DNA of 64,000 nt from an uncultured delta proteobacterium (GTDB lineage: Bacteria; Desulfobacterota; BSN033; UBA1163): NCBI GenBank assembly GCA_963708295.1, contig CAVPSJ010000015.1, forward strand, positions 128,001 through 192,000, given 5' to 3'. A program made the translations under genes and the position numbers. The notes beneath the pieces were generated by a model. It was not told the DNA's origin. It saw only the letters and a program-made list of their open reading frames with translations, and made no database searches. Positions 61,433 through 64,000 of the stretch are shown here, piece after piece (within the stretch, counting starts at the first letter, position 1; every line of letters starts with the position of its first letter).

Positions 61433-62155
61433 CCTTTAGGCTTCAACTCTTTCTCTGCGGTCGCCAGTCTTGTAAAAGAGTCGCCAGTTTATGGGGTGAA
61501 ACGCCGAGAAAATAAAGGACTTGAAGAGTCCAATTTCTGAGAGTGCAGTAAATCACTCCCTCTTCTTCCCACCTTCTTGGAGAGGTCATCACCCGCTCAT
61601 GGAAAATCCATATCTCTATTCCCGGATTTCTTGATGCGTCTCATCAATTCGGCATCTTCCATGATGGGAATCTCTTTGTAACCGCCGATCCTGTGAAATA
61701 TTCCCTTCGGATGAATATGGCTTGATCTCCGAAGGGGATCCTGTTCAAGCGAGAGCGCCACGAAGCCAGGTTTTCAATGACCCTGAAGATAAACTTAGTC
61801 GATTTTATGCCCAGATCAAAAGCCCCTCCGACATACCGCGCTTTGCTCCATTAAGGATCGGATCTTTCTAAGGGCCTGGACAGGCAGTTCGGTGTCCGCA
61901 TGGAGAAAGATGAGAATCTCTCCTCTGGCGTAGAAGCCCCGGCGTTCATCTGTCTGGCTCGTCCTTTTTCGCACGAGATCTTAATGACATGGTTGCGATG
62001 AATCGCCTCCAGGGTATCTTTTTCCCGGGCCCCATCCACGACGATGATCTCACTGTTTTTATCGGAATCCAGTCGATTCAGGCATTCGATCAGGTCATGA
62101 TATTTTCTCCTTCGTGAAATGCGGGCACAATAATTGAGAATTGAATTGGATTCAC
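61429..62155 (-). CDS. TIGR04283-family GT2 glycosyltransferase (several frameshifts, ends approximate)
   Basis: Manual translation: FSIIVP, IIVVDG, GRARQMNAGAS, FLHADT, PFGDQAIF, IPIMED, TSPRRW. Confidence 0.85.
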
Positions 62156-62644
62156 AGATCGTTTTCTCCAAGCGGTAGGGAACGGTTTCAAACCGTTCCC
62201 TGCGTGCACCCGCTAAAGAATAGATTAAGGTGTCGCTCACTTCCGTCAAGACTTTTTTGCCATCGTGGAGAACGGAGGGTTTGAGCGAAGACGATCAGAT
62301 GAAGGGACCGATTTGATAAGAGGCCTTTTAATTGTCTTTCCCCCAATTTTCTCAAATTGACATCATTAAATCTTTGTGATAGGTGGAACCGGCTGAAGGG
62401 ATTAATGGAAACCGTTAAGCCCTTGCACTCAGGAATCGACACAGGAGGGCGGGGTGCAGGTTTCGTATGCGGTACGTTCTAACTGAGAGTAAGTGATCAT
62501 TCTCCGAAAAGTGGAAAAGTTTTTCACTTATTTGAGAAGTATTTTGGGTTATTGCGGAAGTAACTTATATTCTTAGCTTCTCTTTTGGCAATTTAGATTC
62601 TATAAAAACACCGTAATTACGGAAGGTTATATCAATAATGAGGT

Positions 62645-62661
62645 TTGGCATAGGAATTGAT
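62645..62661 (+). promoter_or_regulatory. Possible sigma54 promoter
   Basis: TTGGCATAGGAATTGAT has -24/-12 spacing but GA in place of GC; upstream palindromes AAGTGGAAAAGTTTTTCACTT and CCGTAATTACGG. Confidence 0.4.
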
Positions 62662-62842
62662 GCTTTCCTATTATGCTTAAGCGTCTTCAAAGCGTGATGA
62701 GGCCAAACCTCAGCTCAGCGGTAAGTGAAGACAATAACCATCGAGTCGAACTTTAACTGTATTTTTTTCAATCACCGAGAAGGTCAATTTCTGAGATTCG
62801 TTGACCCGACATCGCCTCTGGAACGCTTTGGATGAATCGAAT

Positions 62843-62854
62843 GGCGGTAGCCTG
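62843..62854 (+). promoter_or_regulatory. ops-like element
   Basis: GGCGGTAGCCTG fits GGCGGTAGnnTG, about 90 nt before the ATPase start. Confidence 0.55.
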
Positions 62855-62942
62855 TTTATGGGCTGATTTTTCAAAGTACCGAAAGAGGGAAAACTTTTAT
62901 CAAGAGCATTCGAGTCATTAGAAGACGAGAAAAGGAGTAGCG

Positions 62943-64000
62943 ATGTATCAGGATTTTTACCGTCTAAGAAAGAGAACCGTTCCATATCACGCCGAACCCG
63001 GAGTTCCTCTTCCTGAGTCCCAGCCATAAACAGGCATTGGGTTCGATCGTTTACGGCGTGAGAAATCGAAAGGGTTTTATAGTGATCACAGGGGAGGTGG
63101 GGGTGGGGAAGACCACGATCCTCCGTTCCTATCTCGAAGGGGTTGCCAAACAGAAAACAAAGATCATCTATATTTTTAACACCAATGTCTCGTTTAAAAA
63201 CCTCCTGAAGACGATCTACAAGGAGCTGGGACTCGACCCCAAGTCGGGTGATATCGTCGAGATGTTAAACGACCTCTACCAGATATTGATGGACGAATAC
63301 AAGCAGGGCAACACGGTGTTGCTGATCGCCGACGAGGCCCAGAACATGCCGATTGAGACCCTGGAAAACCTGCGCATGCTGTCGAATCTGGAAACGTCCA
63401 GCGATAAACTTCTCCAGATTGTGCTCATCGGCCAGTACGAATTCGAAGAGATACTCAATCTGCACGAACTGCGGCAACTCAAGCAACGCATCGTCCTGCG
63501 TTCCACCATCGTTCCTTTGAACGAGAAAGAGAGCATGTCCTACATCAAGCATCGATTGGAAAAGGCGGCGCTGAACGGGAGCCCCGTGTTCACCAAAGGG
63601 GCCATGAAAAGAATCGTCAAGGAAGCGAAGGGGATTCCACGAGCTCCTCAACATCCTTTGTGACAATGCGCTGATCACGGGGTTCGGGTATAAGACAAGG
63701 CCGGTGAACGCCAAAATCGTCGATGAGGTCATCACCGACTTTAACGGAGGGGAAAAACAAACCTCTCTTCTGAAATGGATCATTCCTCCCGCAGCCTTTC
63801 TGTTTTTGCTCATTCTTGTTCTTTTCTACATTGCGAATAAAGACCTGATTTTATCCAAGATCGAAAACATCTTTTCTCGATCTAAGGGCGCATCCATTTC
63901 ACAAGTGGAAAATCCGGATCCTTCCCGGTCCGCTGTCGGAGATCCGATCCAGGACCCGATGAAGTCATCATTGGATCCATCCAAGGTTTCTCAAACCGAG
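62943..64000 (+). CDS. ExeA/GspA-family AAA ATPase (frameshifts near 62970 and 63645; partial)
   Basis: MYQDFY...EPFHITPNPEFLFLSPSHKQAL, GEVGVGKT, DEAQ, QLKQRI, GIPR, NILCDNAL, then a TM segment. Confidence 0.92.

Overview
Bacterial chromosomal window. Gene content and style suggest an anaerobic Desulfobacterota (deltaproteobacterium); this is inference, not a database result. Housekeeping genes (trpS, mnmG, miaA-hfq, scpB-rluB, secDF, rplM-rpsI, argC, mutS, pcm-nlpD) alternate with redox, regulatory and stress genes. Several conserved genes are split by single-base frameshifts, probably long-read indel errors. Main results: (1) Two genes the ORF track splits or truncates look like selenoproteins, each with an in-frame TGA at a conserved Cys and a SECIS-like hairpin behind it: the RNA ligase RtcB (downstream of archease) and a C-GCAxxG-C-C protein. 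(2) A Trp leader peptide and terminator sit upstream of trpS. (3) A ~11 kb redox cluster encodes a GcvH/LbpA-like lipoyl carrier, an ArrA-like molybdopterin-family subunit with Glu at the usual Mo-ligand Cys, NrfC/NrfD-like subunits, a membrane CCG Fe-S protein and a GlcD-GlcF fusion. (4) Many non-autonomous repeats occur, including a 230-bp MITE that sits in another palindromic repeat in all 4 copies (empty site visible) and IS200/IS605-like TTGAC...TTCA mini-elements. (5) An ops-like motif precedes an ExeA-type ATPase. No tRNA, rRNA or CRISPR array was recognised.
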